A stretch of DNA of 64,000 nucleotides from Macrostomum lignano (GCA_002269645.1 NIVC01000036.1:310001-374000); one strand, 5' to 3'; positions 48,154 to 61,037 are shown, counted from the stretch's first letter. Notes: generated from the letters alone by a model not told the origin. Numbers and translations are program-made.

Positions 48154-49002
48154 CATTGTGAGCCTGAGACATTGAAGCCTCGTAGGCTCCTGGGTGCTCA
48201 GTGATTACTGATGTTGATGCACTCTCCTGCTGATGTGGCTTTGAATCTGCGCCTGCAGTGCTAGCTGGAGGGCTAAGGGTAGTGCTAGCTGGAGGGCTAA
48301 GGGTGGTGCTAGCTGGAGGGCTAACGGTAGTGCTAGCTGGAAGGCTAATGGGAGTGCTAGCTGGAGGGCTAACGGTAGTGCTAGCTGGAGGGCTAACGGT
48401 AGTGCTAGCTGGAGGGCTAAGGGTAGTGCTAGCTGGAGGGCTAACGGTAGTGCTAGCTGGAGGGCTAACGGTAGTGCTAGCTGGAGGGCTAACGGTACTG
48501 CTAGCTGGAGGGCTAACGGTAGTGCTAGCTGGAGGGCTAATGGGAGTGCTAGCTGGAGGGCTAACGGTAGTGCTAGCAGGAGGGCTAAGGGTAGTGCTAG
48601 CTGGAGGGCTAAGGGCGGTGCTAGCTGGAGAGCTAAGGGTGGTGCTAGCTGGAGGGCTAAGGGTAGTGCTAGCTGGAGGGCTAACGGTAGTGCTAGCTGG
48701 AGAGCTAAGGGTGGTGCTAGCTGGAGGGCTAAGGGTGGTGCTAGCTGGAGAGCTAAGGGTGGTGCTAGCTGGAGGGCTAAGGGTAGTGCTAGCTGGAGGG
48801 CTAAGGGTAGTGCTAGCTGGAGGGCTAAGGGCGGTGCTAGCTGGAGAGCTAATGGTAGTGCTAGCTGGAGGGCTAAGGGTGGTGCTAGTTGGAGAGCTAG
48901 CGGCAGTGCTAGCACTCTGGCTGACGGCAGATTCACCATCAACACTCCTAACACTAATTGGCAGGCCCATTTCCGATGGCCTTTCTGTGCTGATCGAAAT
49001 CG
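48154..49002 (-). CDS. MANSC-domain protein, exon 3 (mucin-like Ser/Thr/Pro stalk built from a 24-bp coding repeat, STTLSPPA)
   Basis: Acceptor ttttgccag| and donor G|GTAAAG, 849 nt, phase 1 to 1, open frame. Confidence 0.72.
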
Positions 49003-49159
49003 CTGGCAAAAAATTGAGTTGGAAGGCACAAAAATGCTAATTAATTAAATCTGTTTCAAAGCAGGTGGGCGAGATAAATAAGGAATGAAGCATGTCGAAA
49101 AGAAAAATGATTTGTTATCGTAATTAATTACTAGATAATTGCCACATTTCGTCTGACCT

Positions 49160-49161
49160 AC

Positions 49162-49244
<83 letters not shown>

Positions 49245-49301
49245 GTCTGTCTGTCTGTCTGTCTGTCTGTGTGTCTGTCTATTTGTCTGTCTGTCTGTCT
49301 A

Positions 49302-49382
<81 letters not shown>

Positions 49383-49384
49383 TT

Positions 49385-49416
<32 letters not shown>

Positions 49417-49431
49417 ATCTGTCTGTTTGGC

Positions 49432-49516
<85 letters not shown>

Positions 49517-49517
49517 A

Positions 49518-49562
<45 letters not shown>
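49160..49562. repeat. (CTGT)n microsatellite (MANSC intron 2)
   Basis: Direct. Confidence 0.97.
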
Positions 49563-49563
<1 letters not shown>

Positions 49564-49603
49564 CATCCATCAGACCCGGCCCTCCCCACTGCAGTCCACT
49601 CAC

Positions 49604-49786
49604 CCTCGTTCTTAATCGCCCGCCTAGTAACAATGGCCAAGGCGTTCATATCGGACGTGTTCTTGAAGACGCACTGGGCAAAGGGCTGGCAGGAGAGCAG
49701 GAAGCAGTTGTTGGGGCTGTAGGCTCCGTCAGTGGTGCCGGATTTCTCAGCCTGCACCAACTCGTAGATGGCCAGTTCGCACTCGG
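49604..49786 (-). CDS. MANSC-domain protein, exon 2 (second half of MANSC)
   Basis: ECELAIY...NNCFLLSCQPFAQCVF fits the CNxAxF...CYLFxC...C pattern. Acceptor cccgcag| and donor G|GTGAGT, 183 nt, phase 1 to 1. Confidence 0.78.
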
Positions 49787-49921
49787 CTGCGGGAGCGGTT
49801 TTGAGAAGTCGCATTTTATTAGAGACATCGCTTCAGGCAAGGGGTTTAAGGCAGCTATTAAATAATAGTGCTTTAGGATCTGATTGCACATGCTTCAGAG
49901 TGTTTTAGGTCGCATTAGAAT

Positions 49922-51050
49922 TAAAGCTTCAGGTTATGCTTTTTCTAGGAAATCCCTCAGGTCATTTCAACCTGAAGCTTCAGGTTATGCTTTTTCTAGG
50001 AAATCCCTCAGGTCATCTCTATCTGAAGCTTCAGGTTATGCTTTTTCTAGGAAATCCCTCAGGTCATCTCAACCTGAAGCTTCAGGTTATGCTTTTTCTA
50101 GGAAATCCCTCAGGTCATCTCAATCTGAAGCTTCAGGTTATGCTTTTTCTAGGAAATCCCTCAGGTCACCTCAATCTGAAGCTTCAGGTTATGCTTTTTC
50201 TAGGAAATCCCTCAGGTCATCTCAATCTGAAGCTTCAGGTTATGCTTTTTCTAGGAAATCCCTCAGGTCATCTCAACCTGAAGCTTCAGGTTATGCTTTT
50301 TCTAGGAAATCCCTCAGGTCATCTTAACCTGAAGCTTCAGGTTATGCTTTTTCTAGGAAATCCCTCAGGTCACCTCAATCTGAAGCTTCAGGTTATGCTT
50401 TTTCTAGGAAATCCCTCAGGTCGTCTCTATCTGAAGCTTCAGGTTATGCTTTTTTCTACGAAATCCCTCAGGTCATCTCTATCTGAAGCTTCAGGTTATG
50501 CTTTTTTCTACGAAATCCCTCAGGTCATCTCTATCTGAAGCTTCAGGTTATGCTTTTTCTAGGAAATCCCTCAGGTCGTCTCTATCTGAAGCTTCAGGTT
50601 ATGCTTTTTTCTACGAAATCCCTCAGGTCATCTCTATCTGAAGCTTCAGGTTATTGCCTACTCTAGGAAATCCCTCAGGTCATCTCGATCTGAAGCTTCA
50701 GGTTATGCTTTTTCTAGGAAATCCCTCAGGTCACCTCAACCTGAAGCTTCAGGTTATGCTTTTTCTAGGAAATCCCTCAGGTCATCTCTATCTGAAGCTT
50801 CAGGTTACGCTTTTTCTAGGAAATCCCTCAGGTCATCTCGATCTGAAGCTTCAGGTTACGCTTTTTCTAGGAAATCCCTCAGGTCATCTCAATCTGAAGC
50901 TTCAGGTTACGCTTTTTCTAGGAAATCCCTCAGGTCATCTCAATCTGAAGCTTCAGGTTATTGCCTACTCTAGGAAATCCCTCAGGTCATCTCAACCTGA
51001 AACTTTAGGTTATTGAATTTTCTAGGAGATCCCTCAGGTCATCTCAACCT
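49922..51050. repeat. 51-bp minisatellite (CTGAAGCTTCAGGTTATGCTTTTTCTAGGAAATCCCTCAGGTCATCTCAAC), about 22 copies (MANSC intron 1)
   Basis: Direct. Confidence 0.96.
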
Positions 51051-51574
51051 TATTGCCTTTATTGGTTATTGCCTTTCTAAAAAATATTACTGGTTATTTC
51101 TAAAAATTTAAATTTCGAAAAATTATTTATTTAAGTCCTTTATAAAGCAAGTCCTCCCAAAAGAAAAGTACACAGCAGTCATCAATAATAATAATAAAAG
51201 TGCAAACAATACTACTTTTCAAAGGTAGGCAGCGACTACACTTACTGTAAGCAAATTTATATAAGGCACAAAGTAAATGAGACTACATCAGTCTAATAGC
51301 ACTTAGGGAGACTCGCTCTGACGAGAGGATTAGCTCACAAACTAGATTTACGTATATGCAGTACACACAGGAGTGAACAGGAGCTGACTGCTAGATTGAG
51401 GCAGAAATACCACGGTAAGACTCGACCATTACTTGGTAACTATCTGCTCAGATTTATAATGCTAGTAAGGGTGCTCCAATAGTATGACTGCAGACTCAAG
51501 CTTAAGTATTGCCGAGATGGTAACGGAATACGGAGTCAATTTAACGCTTCTGAAACTATTTCAAAATTTCAGTA

Positions 51575-52020
51575 TGGCGCCTCTCACACATTCCTTGGCG
51601 CCTCTCATACTCAGTATCGCGCCTCTCACATTTAATATGGCGCCTCTAATACTCAATTTGGCGTCTCTCACACTCAATTTTGCGCCTTTCACACTCAATT
51701 TGGCGCCTCTCAATCTCAATTTGGCGCCTCTCATACTCAATTTGGCGCTTCTCACTCACTATGGCGCTTCTAACACTCAAATTATCGTCCCTCAATCTCA
51801 GTTTGGCGCCTCTCAAACTCACTTTGGCGCCCCTTATGCTTAACCTGGTGCCTCTCTTACTTAACTTGGCGCCTCTCCTGTGCAACCTTGCGCCTCTCAT
51901 GCTTATTTTGGCGCATCTCATACTCAAACTGGCGCCTCTTACACTCAGTTTGGCGCCTACTATACTCAACCTAGCACCTCTCATTCAGTTTGGCGCCTCT
52001 CATACTCAACCCCCTAAACA
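51575..52020. repeat. About 21-bp degenerate array GGCGCCTCTCATACTCAATTT (MANSC intron 1, next to the donor)
   Basis: Direct. Confidence 0.88.
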
Positions 52021-52047
52021 GCCAACAAGAGCAGCATAGCAACCAAC

Positions 52048-52285
52048 CTTCATCACAGCAGGCCTGGGCGCAGGCCAGCTTCTTGTTAGCGCCAGCAACC
52101 ACAATAGATTTGATGTACTTGACAGAAGCGCCGCGAGTCTCCGTAGCCCCTGGATCCAGGGTGGCGCCCAGCTTCAGATCGGCCACTCCGCACTTTGCTT
52201 TGGCAGCCGAGGGCAGCGCCGGCGCGGCATGGGCAGCGCTGGCAAGCAGCATCAAGCTGGCAACCAGAAGCCATAGTAACTCCAT
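52048..52285 (-). CDS. MANSC-domain type I membrane protein, exon 1 (signal peptide plus first half of MANSC)
   Basis: MELLWLLVASLMLLASAAHA signal peptide, then C...CAQACCDE. Donor G|GTTGGT, phase 1. Confidence 0.75.
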
Positions 52286-52842
52286 CGGCAGGCTTTCAAT
52301 TATGAGAAGCTCTAATTGCGTGATAACTTTTTATAGGAAGGTTACCGGAGAAAAGCAGCTGGAAATTCAATAGGAAACACACGTTTCACATGTAATAGAA
52401 GAAGCCCTACACGATCGCATGCAGTATAACTTATAGAATAGGTCTCCAGCAACTGGCTGCTACAAGATCAAACACATCTGCTGCATGCAGTTATTCAATA
52501 TTGAATCTGCTGTTAGGGAACGCCCCCCCCCCCGAGTAGCAGACACTGGGCGGTTTCCTTAATCCGGTCTCTTTCCCTCTACTGAACAAGGAATTTTTCA
52601 GCTAGCCAAAATTATAAAAGGGATTTGACTACACAGATTTCCAATGCTTTCGAAAAAGCCTTTTCTTTCCTTTCCAGTTAATCCTTGTGAATGGATTTTT
52701 GTCAAGCTGCATGCAGTTATTCATGCTCAGATGTACTTTCTTATAAAAAGGCGAATCTTTCCCTGCGGGGTAAGCTGTCGAACTAAAAAATTATTGCTGC
52801 CATAATGACACACTGAGAAGCAAATAGGAGACATGGGCTAGC

Positions 52843-53017
<175 letters not shown>

Positions 53018-53374
53018 TCTAATCACCTGCCTGCAAGTACACTGCGTACCTTTAATAACCCAGATTAAGAAGCTGCCATGCAAAAGGCTACCTAAATGAA
53101 TACGAGTAGAAAGCAAATAAAATTTCAAGTCAAAAGCGCCAGTGATTGAAAAATTACACAAGTCACTGGCAACACAGAACTTTCTTTTGTTTGTTTTCCT
53201 CAACTAGCTGAGCACAATAAAATATCAGCATGATAAAAATTCAGACTTAACCATAACATTTTCGAATTATTAAACAACAATTTATGGTTAAAACAAATGC
53301 CAAAAGAAAGTGTTACACCATTTTTAAAAAAAAAATTCAAGTCAGAAGTTAGTAATCTTCTATAATCCATATTC

Positions 53375-54668
53375 TATACAAGCAGGTTTCCCCAATCCAG
53401 AATCTAGATGTATAAAACTCCATGATATTGTAGAAACCAGCACAGGTCTCCCCAATCCAGAATCTAGATGTATAAAACTCCATGATATTGTAGAAACCAG
53501 CGCAGGTTTCCCTAATCTAGAATCTAGATGTATAAAACTCCATGATATTGTAGAAACCAGCGCAGGTTTCCCCAATCCAGAATCTAGATGTATAAAACTC
53601 CATGATATTGTAGAAACCAGCACAGGTCTCCCCAATCCAGAAGCTAGATGTATAAAACTCCATGATATTGTAGAAACCAGCGCAGGTCTCCCCAATACAG
53701 AATCTAGATGTATAAAACTCCATGATATTGTAGAAACCAGCGCAGGTTTCCCCAATCCAGAATCTAGATGTATAAAACTCCATGATATTGTAGAAACCAG
53801 CGCAGGTTTCCCCAATCCAGAATCTAGATGTATAAAACTCCATGATATTGTAGAAACCAGCGCAGGTTTCCCCAATCCACAATCTAGATGCATAAAACTC
53901 CATGATATTGTAGAAACCAGCGCAGGTTTCCCCAATACAGAATCTAGATGTATAAAACTCCATGATATTGTAGAAACCAGCGCAGGTTTCCCCAATACAG
54001 AATCTAGATGTATAAAACTCCATGATATTGTAGAAACCAGCGCAGGTTTCCCCAATCCAGAATCTAGATGTATAAAACTCCATGATATTGTAGAAACCAG
54101 CGCAGGTCTCCCCAATACAGAATCTAGATGTATAAAACTCCATGATATTGTAGAAACCAGCGCAGGTTTCCCCAATCCACAATCTAGATGTATAAAACTC
54201 CATGATATTGTAGAAACCAGCGCAGGTTTCCCCAATACAGAATCTAGATGTATAAAACTCCATGATATTGTAGAAACCAGCGCAGGTTTCCCCAATCCAG
54301 AATCTAGATGTATAAAACTCCATGATATTGTAGAACCCAGCGCAGGTCTCCCCAATCCAGAATCTAGATGTATAAAACTCCATGATATTGTAGAAACCAG
54401 CGCAGGTTTCCCCAATCCAGAATCTAGATGTATAAAACTCCATGATATTGTAGAAACCAGCGCAGGTCTCCCCAATCCAGAATCTAGATGTATAAAACTC
54501 CATGATATTGTAGAAACTAGCGCAGGTCTCCCCAATCCAGAATCTAGATGTATAAAACTCCATGATATTGTAGAAACCAGCGCAGGTCTCCCCAATCCAG
54601 AATCTAGATGTATAAAACTCCATGATACTGTAGAAACCACCGCAGGTCTCCCCAATCCAGAATCTAGC
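53375..54668. repeat. 60-bp minisatellite, about 21 copies, starting just after the KLHDC4 stop codon
   Basis: Direct. Units line up exactly in the 60-column layout. Confidence 0.98.
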
Positions 54669-54675
54669 TATAGTT

Positions 54676-55496
54676 TCAATCGCCAGCAGTTTGCCTATAG
54701 AAATCCCTGGCGGCCCGTTTCGCGTACTTGGCAACCAGCGATTCGGTGACGTCACTGGCTGGCCAGCACCGACGCAAGCTGTTGCCAACCGCCCTGGACC
54801 AATAGGAGTCGGTCCGTGTCGAGTAACTTTCGACACTTTCCCCGGCAACTACGGGCGGCGGCGGCGGCGTCGCCTCGTGCCCGTCGTCAGCTTCTGTCGC
54901 TTCTTCCTTGTCTTCATCCTCAGCCTCCTCCTCTCCGGCATCCTCATCGGAGCTCTCCGACTCGTCGCTTTGATAGCCAGCAGCCGCAGTTGGTGGCAGA
55001 ATCATGCTCCAGCCTTGGCTCAGGTGCTTCAACTCTAACGACTGCAAATCGTCCAGAATTCGAGACCGCTCTCCGACACCCGCTGCCGCCTGCTGCTCAT
55101 CATCACCTTCGTAGATGCCGCCGTACAGGTAGAGCCGATCGTCAAGCACTGCTAGACCGGCGTTGATTCTCTCTAACGGCAGGATGCTGGCTGCAGAGAC
55201 TGCAGCACCACCAGCAGCGATATCATTGCTGCCGAAGTCAATCAGTCGCCAACGCTGCTTGACCAAATCCAGCTGGTAGAGCTCGTTGAACATCACCCCG
55301 GTCAGGCCGTCGTCAGCCTGTTCAATGTCGAACACACCGCCAAAGGTGTACGCTCGGCCGGTGGATGGATTGACTGCACCAGTGACGCCGCACCGGGGTG
55401 TGGGACGCTGACCGGAGAATTTCACCGGTTGCCAGGCAAACTGTTGGAGCTGGTCGTCTGTTGCTGCGGCGGAGGCGGCTGCTGCTGAAGATCTTC
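54676..55496 (-). CDS. KLHDC4: KLHDC4, exon 3 (kelch repeats, acidic tract, DUF4110-like C-terminus); about 571 aa total
   Basis: Acceptor ttttattacag|GA. PTPRCG, FGGVFD, FNELY and LYLYGGIYE motifs. Terminal PVVAGESVESYSTRTDSYW. TGA ends at 54676. Confidence 0.9.
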
Positions 55497-55511
55497 CTGT
55501 AATAAAACAGA

Positions 55512-57625
55512 TGCTCAAGTGAGGGAGATGCTAAGATGCCATAGCTCAAGTGAGGGAGATGCTAAGATGCCATGGCTCAAGTGAGAGAGATGCTGAGATG
55601 CCATGGCTCAAGTGAAGGGAGATGCTGAGATGCTATGCTCAAGTAGGAGGGAGTTGTTGAGAAGTCATGGCTCAAGTGAGGGAGTTGTTGAGAAGCCATG
55701 GCTCAAGTGAGGGAGATGCTGAGATGCCATGGCTCAAGTGAGGGAGATGCTGAGATGCCATGGCTCAAGTGAGAGAGATGCTGAGATGCCATAGCTCAAG
55801 TGAAGGGAGATGCTGAGATGCTATGCTCAAGTAGGAGGGAGTTGTTGAGAAGTCATGGCTCAAGTGAGGGAGTTGTTGAGAAGCCATGGCTCAAGTGAGG
55901 GAGATGCTGAGATGCCATGGCTCAAGTGAGGGAGATGCTGAGATGCCATGGCTCAAGTGAGAGAGATGCTGAGATGCCATAGCTCAAGTGAAGGGAGATG
56001 CTGAGATGCTTTGCTCAAGTAGGAGGGAGTTGTTGAGAAGTCATGGCTCAAGTGAGGGAGATGCTGAGATGCCATAGCTTAAGTGAGAGAGATGCTGAGA
56101 TGCCATGGCTCAAGTGAGGGAGATGCTGAGATGCCATGGCTCAAGTGAGGGAGTTGTTAAGATGCCATGGCTCAAGGGAGGGAGATGCTGAGATGCAATG
56201 GCTCAAGTGAGGGAAATGCTGAGATGCCATGGCTCAAGTGAGGGAGTTGTTGAGAAGCCATGGATCAAGTGAGGGAGATGCTGAGATGCCATGGCTTAAG
56301 TGAGGGAGATGCTGAGATGCCATGGCTCAAGTGAGGGGAGATGCTGAGATGCTGAGATGCCATGGCTCAAGTGAGGGAGATGCTGAGATGCCATGGCTCA
56401 AGTGAGGGAGATGCTGAGATGCCATGGCTCAAGTGAGGGAGTTGTTGAGAAGCCATGGCTCAAGTGAGGGAGATGCAGAGATGCCATGGCTCAAGTGAGG
56501 GAGTTGCTGAGATGCCATGGCTCAAGTGAGGGAAATGCTGAGATGCCATGGCTCAAGTGAGGGAGATGCTGAGATGCCATGGCTCAAGTGAGGGAGTTGC
56601 TGAGATGCCATGGCTCAAGTGAGGGAGTTGCTGAGATGCCATGGCTCAAGTGAGGGAGATGCTGAGATGCCATGGCTCAAGTGGGAGGGAGTTGCTGAGA
56701 AGCCATGGCTCAAGTGAGGGAGTTGCTGAGCTGCCATGGCTCAAGTGAGGGAGATGCAGAGATGCCATGGCTCAAGTGAGGAGAGATGCTGAGATGCCAT
56801 GGCTCAAGTGGGAGGGAGTTGCTGAGCTGCCATGGCTCAAGTGAGGAGAGATGCTGAGATGCCATGGCTCAAGTGAGGGAGTTGCTGAGATGCCATGGCT
56901 CAAGTGAGGAGAGATGCTGAGATGCCATGGCTCAAGTGAGGAGAGATGCTGAGATGCCATGGCTCAAGTGAGGAGAGATGCTGAGATGCCATGGCTCAAG
57001 TGAGGGAGTTGCTGAGATGCCATGGCTCAAGTGAGGAGAGATGCTGAGATGCCATGGCTCAAGTGGGAGGGAGTTGCTGAGAAGCCATGGCTCAAGTGAA
57101 AGAGTTGCTGAGCTGCCATGGCTCAAGTGAGGGAGATGCAGAGATGCCATGGCTCAAGTGAGGGAGATGCAGAGATGCCATGGCTCAAGTGAGGAGAGAT
57201 GCTGAGATGCCATGGCTCAAGTGGGAGGGAGTTGCTGAGCTGCCATGGCTCAAGTGAGGGAGTTGCTGAGCTGCCATGGCTCAAGTGAGGGAGATGCAGA
57301 GATGCCATGGCTCAAGTGAGGGAGATGCAGAGATGCCATGGCTCAAGTGAGGAGAGATGCTGAGATGCCATGGCTCAAGTGAGGGAGATGCTGAGATGCC
57401 ATGGCTCAAGTGAGGGAGATGCTGAGATGCCATGGCTCAAGTGAGGGAGATGCTGAGATGCCATGGCTCAAGTGAGGGAGATGCTGAGATGCCATGGCTC
57501 AAGTGAGGGAGATGCTGAGATGCCATGGCTCAAGTGAGGGAGATGCTGAGATGCCATGGCTCAAGTGAGGGAAATGCTGAGATGCCATGGCTCAAGTGAG
57601 GGAGATGCTGAGATGCCATGGCTCC
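55512..57625. repeat. About 31-bp minisatellite CTCAAGTGAGGGAGATGCTGAGATGCCATGG, about 66 copies (KLHDC4 intron 2, abutting the acceptor)
   Basis: Direct. Confidence 0.96.
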
Positions 57626-58229
57626 TGGATCGAAGCTGACAGAAACGAATATACATGTACTATTGGATCTAATTTCTCATTTAACTAGAAAAAAACACAT
57701 ACTGATACTCTGTAGTTAAGGTCATACAACCCACGAGGGAGAGTCTTTTGCTAGTCTACAAATACTAAAAATATCATACGCTCCTAGCATTTTGAAAATA
57801 GTTTATCTTCATCAAGGAGAAATCCACGAAAGTCAAAGCACCGTCCTGTGTGTCTTATTAACGAGGCTGAGCCCGAAAATCATAAAGAAAATAATTAGCC
57901 AAGTTTTTTGCTAGTTATAAGGTCATAATTCACAGTTTTTTAATGAATAATTTTGGGCTTGAAAGTGCGGGCAACCACGCAAAAAACAGATATAGATAAG
58001 GATGAAAGCAAACTCATACAAAGAGATGACAAATCCTCTGGGATAAAAGGAGGCAAACAAATGGGAAACAAATGGGAACTAGAAGGTACCACAGGACTGA
58101 ATACAAGGGGCATAAAATAAAGATGAAAATAAGATCAGAGAGGGGAGATTACATTGAATACAATTGAGATGAGATTTAAGAGGTTAAGAGATGAAACTAA
58201 GACAAGACTCGAGAAATATGAGATGAGAT

Positions 58230-59282
58230 CTGAGAGAATATAATATAAGGTTTGAAATGCAAGGGATAAGATGCGTCAAGAGATAAGATGCGAGAGGAGA
58301 TGAGATGCAAGAGGAGATGAGATGCGAGGGGAGGGGAGATGAGATGCGAGAGGAGATGAGATGCCAGAGGAGATAAGATGCAAGAGGAGATGAGATGCGA
58401 GAGGAGAGGAGATGCGAGAGGAGATGAGATGCCAGAGGAGATGAGATGCAAGAGGAGATGAGATGCGAGAGGAGATGAGATGCAAGAGGAGATGAGATGC
58501 CAGAGGAGATAAGATGCGAGAGGAGATGAGATGCAAGAGGAGATGAGATGCCAGAGGAGATAAGATGCGAGAGGAGATGAGATGCAAGAGGAGATGAGAT
58601 GCGAGAGGAGATGAGATGCAAGAGGAGATGAGATGCCAGAGGAGATAAGATGCAAGAGGAGATGAGATGCGAGAGGAGAGGAGATGCGAGAGGAGATGAG
58701 ATGCCAGAGGAGATAAGATGCGAGAGGAGATGAGATGCGAGAGGAGAGGAGATGCGAGAGGAGATGAGATGCCAGAGGAGATAAGATGCGAGAGGAGATG
58801 AGATGCAAGAGGAGATGAGATGCGAGAGGAGATGAGATGCAAGAGGAGATGAGATGCCAGAGGAGATAAGATGCGAGAGGAGATGAGATGCAAGAGGAGA
58901 TGAGATGCCAGAGGAGATGAGATGCGAGAGGAGATGAGATGCAAGAGGAGATGAGATGCGAGAGGAGATGAGATGCCAGAGGAGATGAGATGCGAGAGGA
59001 GATGAGATGCAAGAGGAGATGAGATGCGAGGGGAGGGGAGATGAGATGCGAGAGGAGATGAGATGCCAGAGGAGATAAGATGCAAGAGGAGATGAGATGC
59101 GAGAGGAGAGGAGATGCCAGAGGAGATAAGATGCGAGAGGAGATGAGATGCAAGAGGAGATGAGATGCGAGAGGAGATGAGATGCAAGAGGAGATGAGAT
59201 GCGAGAGGAGATGAGATGCAAGAGGAGATGAGATGCAAGAGAAGATGAGATGCGAGAGGAGATGAGATGCGAGAGGAGATAA
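58230..59282. repeat. 17-bp purine-rich minisatellite GAGATGCGAGAGGAGAT (KLHDC4 intron 2)
   Basis: Direct. Confidence 0.95.
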
Positions 59283-59709
59283 CCAAGGCAGGCTAATAAA
59301 AAAGCGGAAAAAGGTACACAGTGAAACAGCTACGAGTAACAGATGGCAAGGCAGTGGCCGCATCGTTAGACACAAGCAGCCAGTTGCTATCTAGCAGAGG
59401 CGGGCCTGATTGAGTTTTCCTAGACACGGTCGACCTGAGCCACGCCCGAAAACAGTTCCTCTCGACTGCGGCCCGCAATCGGGCATGCCTTAGCAAGCTG
59501 TTCCAGTTAACCTATTCACGTTTTTGCGTGTTTACCCTCTGCAGCCTGCACTGCCGCGCTTGCACCGGGCGGGCGGGGGACGCAACTAAACCAATAGGTT
59601 TTGGAGACAATGCGGAGTGTATTGCAGTAGCTAATCTAGTCGAAACCAGCTTGTCGACTAAAAACACTTGGCTGGCCCCGCAACTGAGGATTTGGGAGAC
59701 TGGCCCAGC

Positions 59710-60037
59710 CCAGGGGATCTGGGAGGCTGGCTGCCCAGCAACTGAGGATCTGAGAGGCTGGCCCCCCAGCAACTGAGGATCTGGGAGGCTGGCTGCCCAG
59801 CAACTGAGGATCTGGGAGGCTGGCTGCCCAGCAACTGAGGATCTGGGAGGCTGGCTGCCCAGCAACTGAGGATCTGGGAGGCTGGCTGCCCAGCAACTGA
59901 GGATCTGGGAGGCTGGCTGCCCAGCAACTGAGGATCTGGGAGGCTGGCTGCCCAGCAACTGAGGATCTGGGAGGCTGGCTGCCCAGCAACTGAGGATCTG
60001 GGAGGCTGGCTGCCCAGCAACTGAGGATCTGGGAGGC
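59710..60037. repeat. 31-bp minisatellite CTGAGGATCTGGGAGGCTGGCTGCCCAGCAA, about 10 copies
   Basis: Direct. Confidence 0.96.
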
Positions 60038-60042
60038 CAGAG

Positions 60043-60583
60043 GCACTCACCCACTAAGCTCAGAGTGAAGCAGTCAGTAAGCACTCACCCACTAAGCTCA
60101 GAGTGAAGCAGTCAGTAAGCACTCACTCACCCACTAAGCTCAGAGTGAAGCAGTCAGTAAGCACTCACCCACTAAGCTCAGAGTGAAGCAGTCAGTAAGC
60201 ACTCACCCACTAAGCTCAGAGTGAAGCAGTCAGTAAGCACTCACTCACCCACTAAGCTCAGAGTGAAGCAGTCAGTAAGCACTCACCCACTAAGCTCAGA
60301 GTGAAGCAGTCAGTAAGCACTCACCCACTAAGCTCAGAGTGAAGCAGTCAGTAAGCACTCACCCACTAAGCTCAGAGTGAAGCAGTCAGTAAGCACTCAC
60401 CCACTAAGCTCAGAGTGAAGCAGTCAGTAAGCACTCACCCACTAAGCTCAGAGTGAAGCAGTCAGTAAGCACTCACTCACCCACTAAGCTCAGAGTGAAG
60501 CAGTCAGTAAGCACTCACCCACTAAGCTCAGAGTGAAGCAGTCAGTAAGCACTCACCCACTAAGCTCAGAGTGAAGCAGTCAG
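60043..60583 (-). repeat. 38/42-bp tandem amplification of the KLHDC4 exon 2 end plus 5' splice site, 14 copies
   Basis: Minus-strand unit ACTGACTGCTTCACTCTGAGCTTAGTGG|GTGAGTGCTT. The first copy is the real exon end. Confidence 0.96.
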
Positions 60584-61037
60584 TGTGCACCAAGCCCTTC
60601 TCGCCGCGTTTCTCAGTCCGCTTAGCGTAGCCGCCAACCAAGCAGATGCCGGAGTCGTCAGGCAGGGGAAACAGCAGGCAGGCAGACCGAGGACTGGGCT
60701 GCGAGCCAGTGGTTCGAATCTCAGTCCAGACTCGAGTATCCAAATCAAACGACCACAGATCGTTGAAATAGCGAAACGTGCGGCCGTTGTCATGGAAACC
60801 GCCAAATACTAGGAGACGAACATGGGGCCGTTTCAGGGCCAGCATTCGGTGACCGCTGCGAGGACAGGGGGCCGGGCTGCCCGAGGCCGGGGTCACTTTG
60901 CGCCACTGACGCGACTTTACGGTCCAAGACCAGATATCATCGTAGTGATGGAACTGCGACTCGGTTGGAGTGGCGAACTCGCCTCCGAATACGAACAAAT
61001 GATCGCCTGAGCCTGAGGGCGGCTTGGCCATGGTCGC
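60557..61037 (-). CDS. KLHDC4: KLHDC4, exon 2
   Basis: Acceptor tccacag|GCG. LFVFGGEFATPTESQFHHYDDIW, RSGHRM, FGGFHD, YFNDLW and GGYAK motifs. Donor G|GTGAGT, phase 1. Confidence 0.92.

Noticed and set aside
53360-54848. 431-aa and 443-aa ORFs with 20-aa periodicity
   Set aside because: Products of the 60-bp array lying after the KLHDC4 stop, with non-ATG starts and several frames open.
60712-60722. tRNA T-loop-like GGTTCGAATC
   Set aside because: It lies antisense within KLHDC4 exon 2, with no cloverleaf or A-box.
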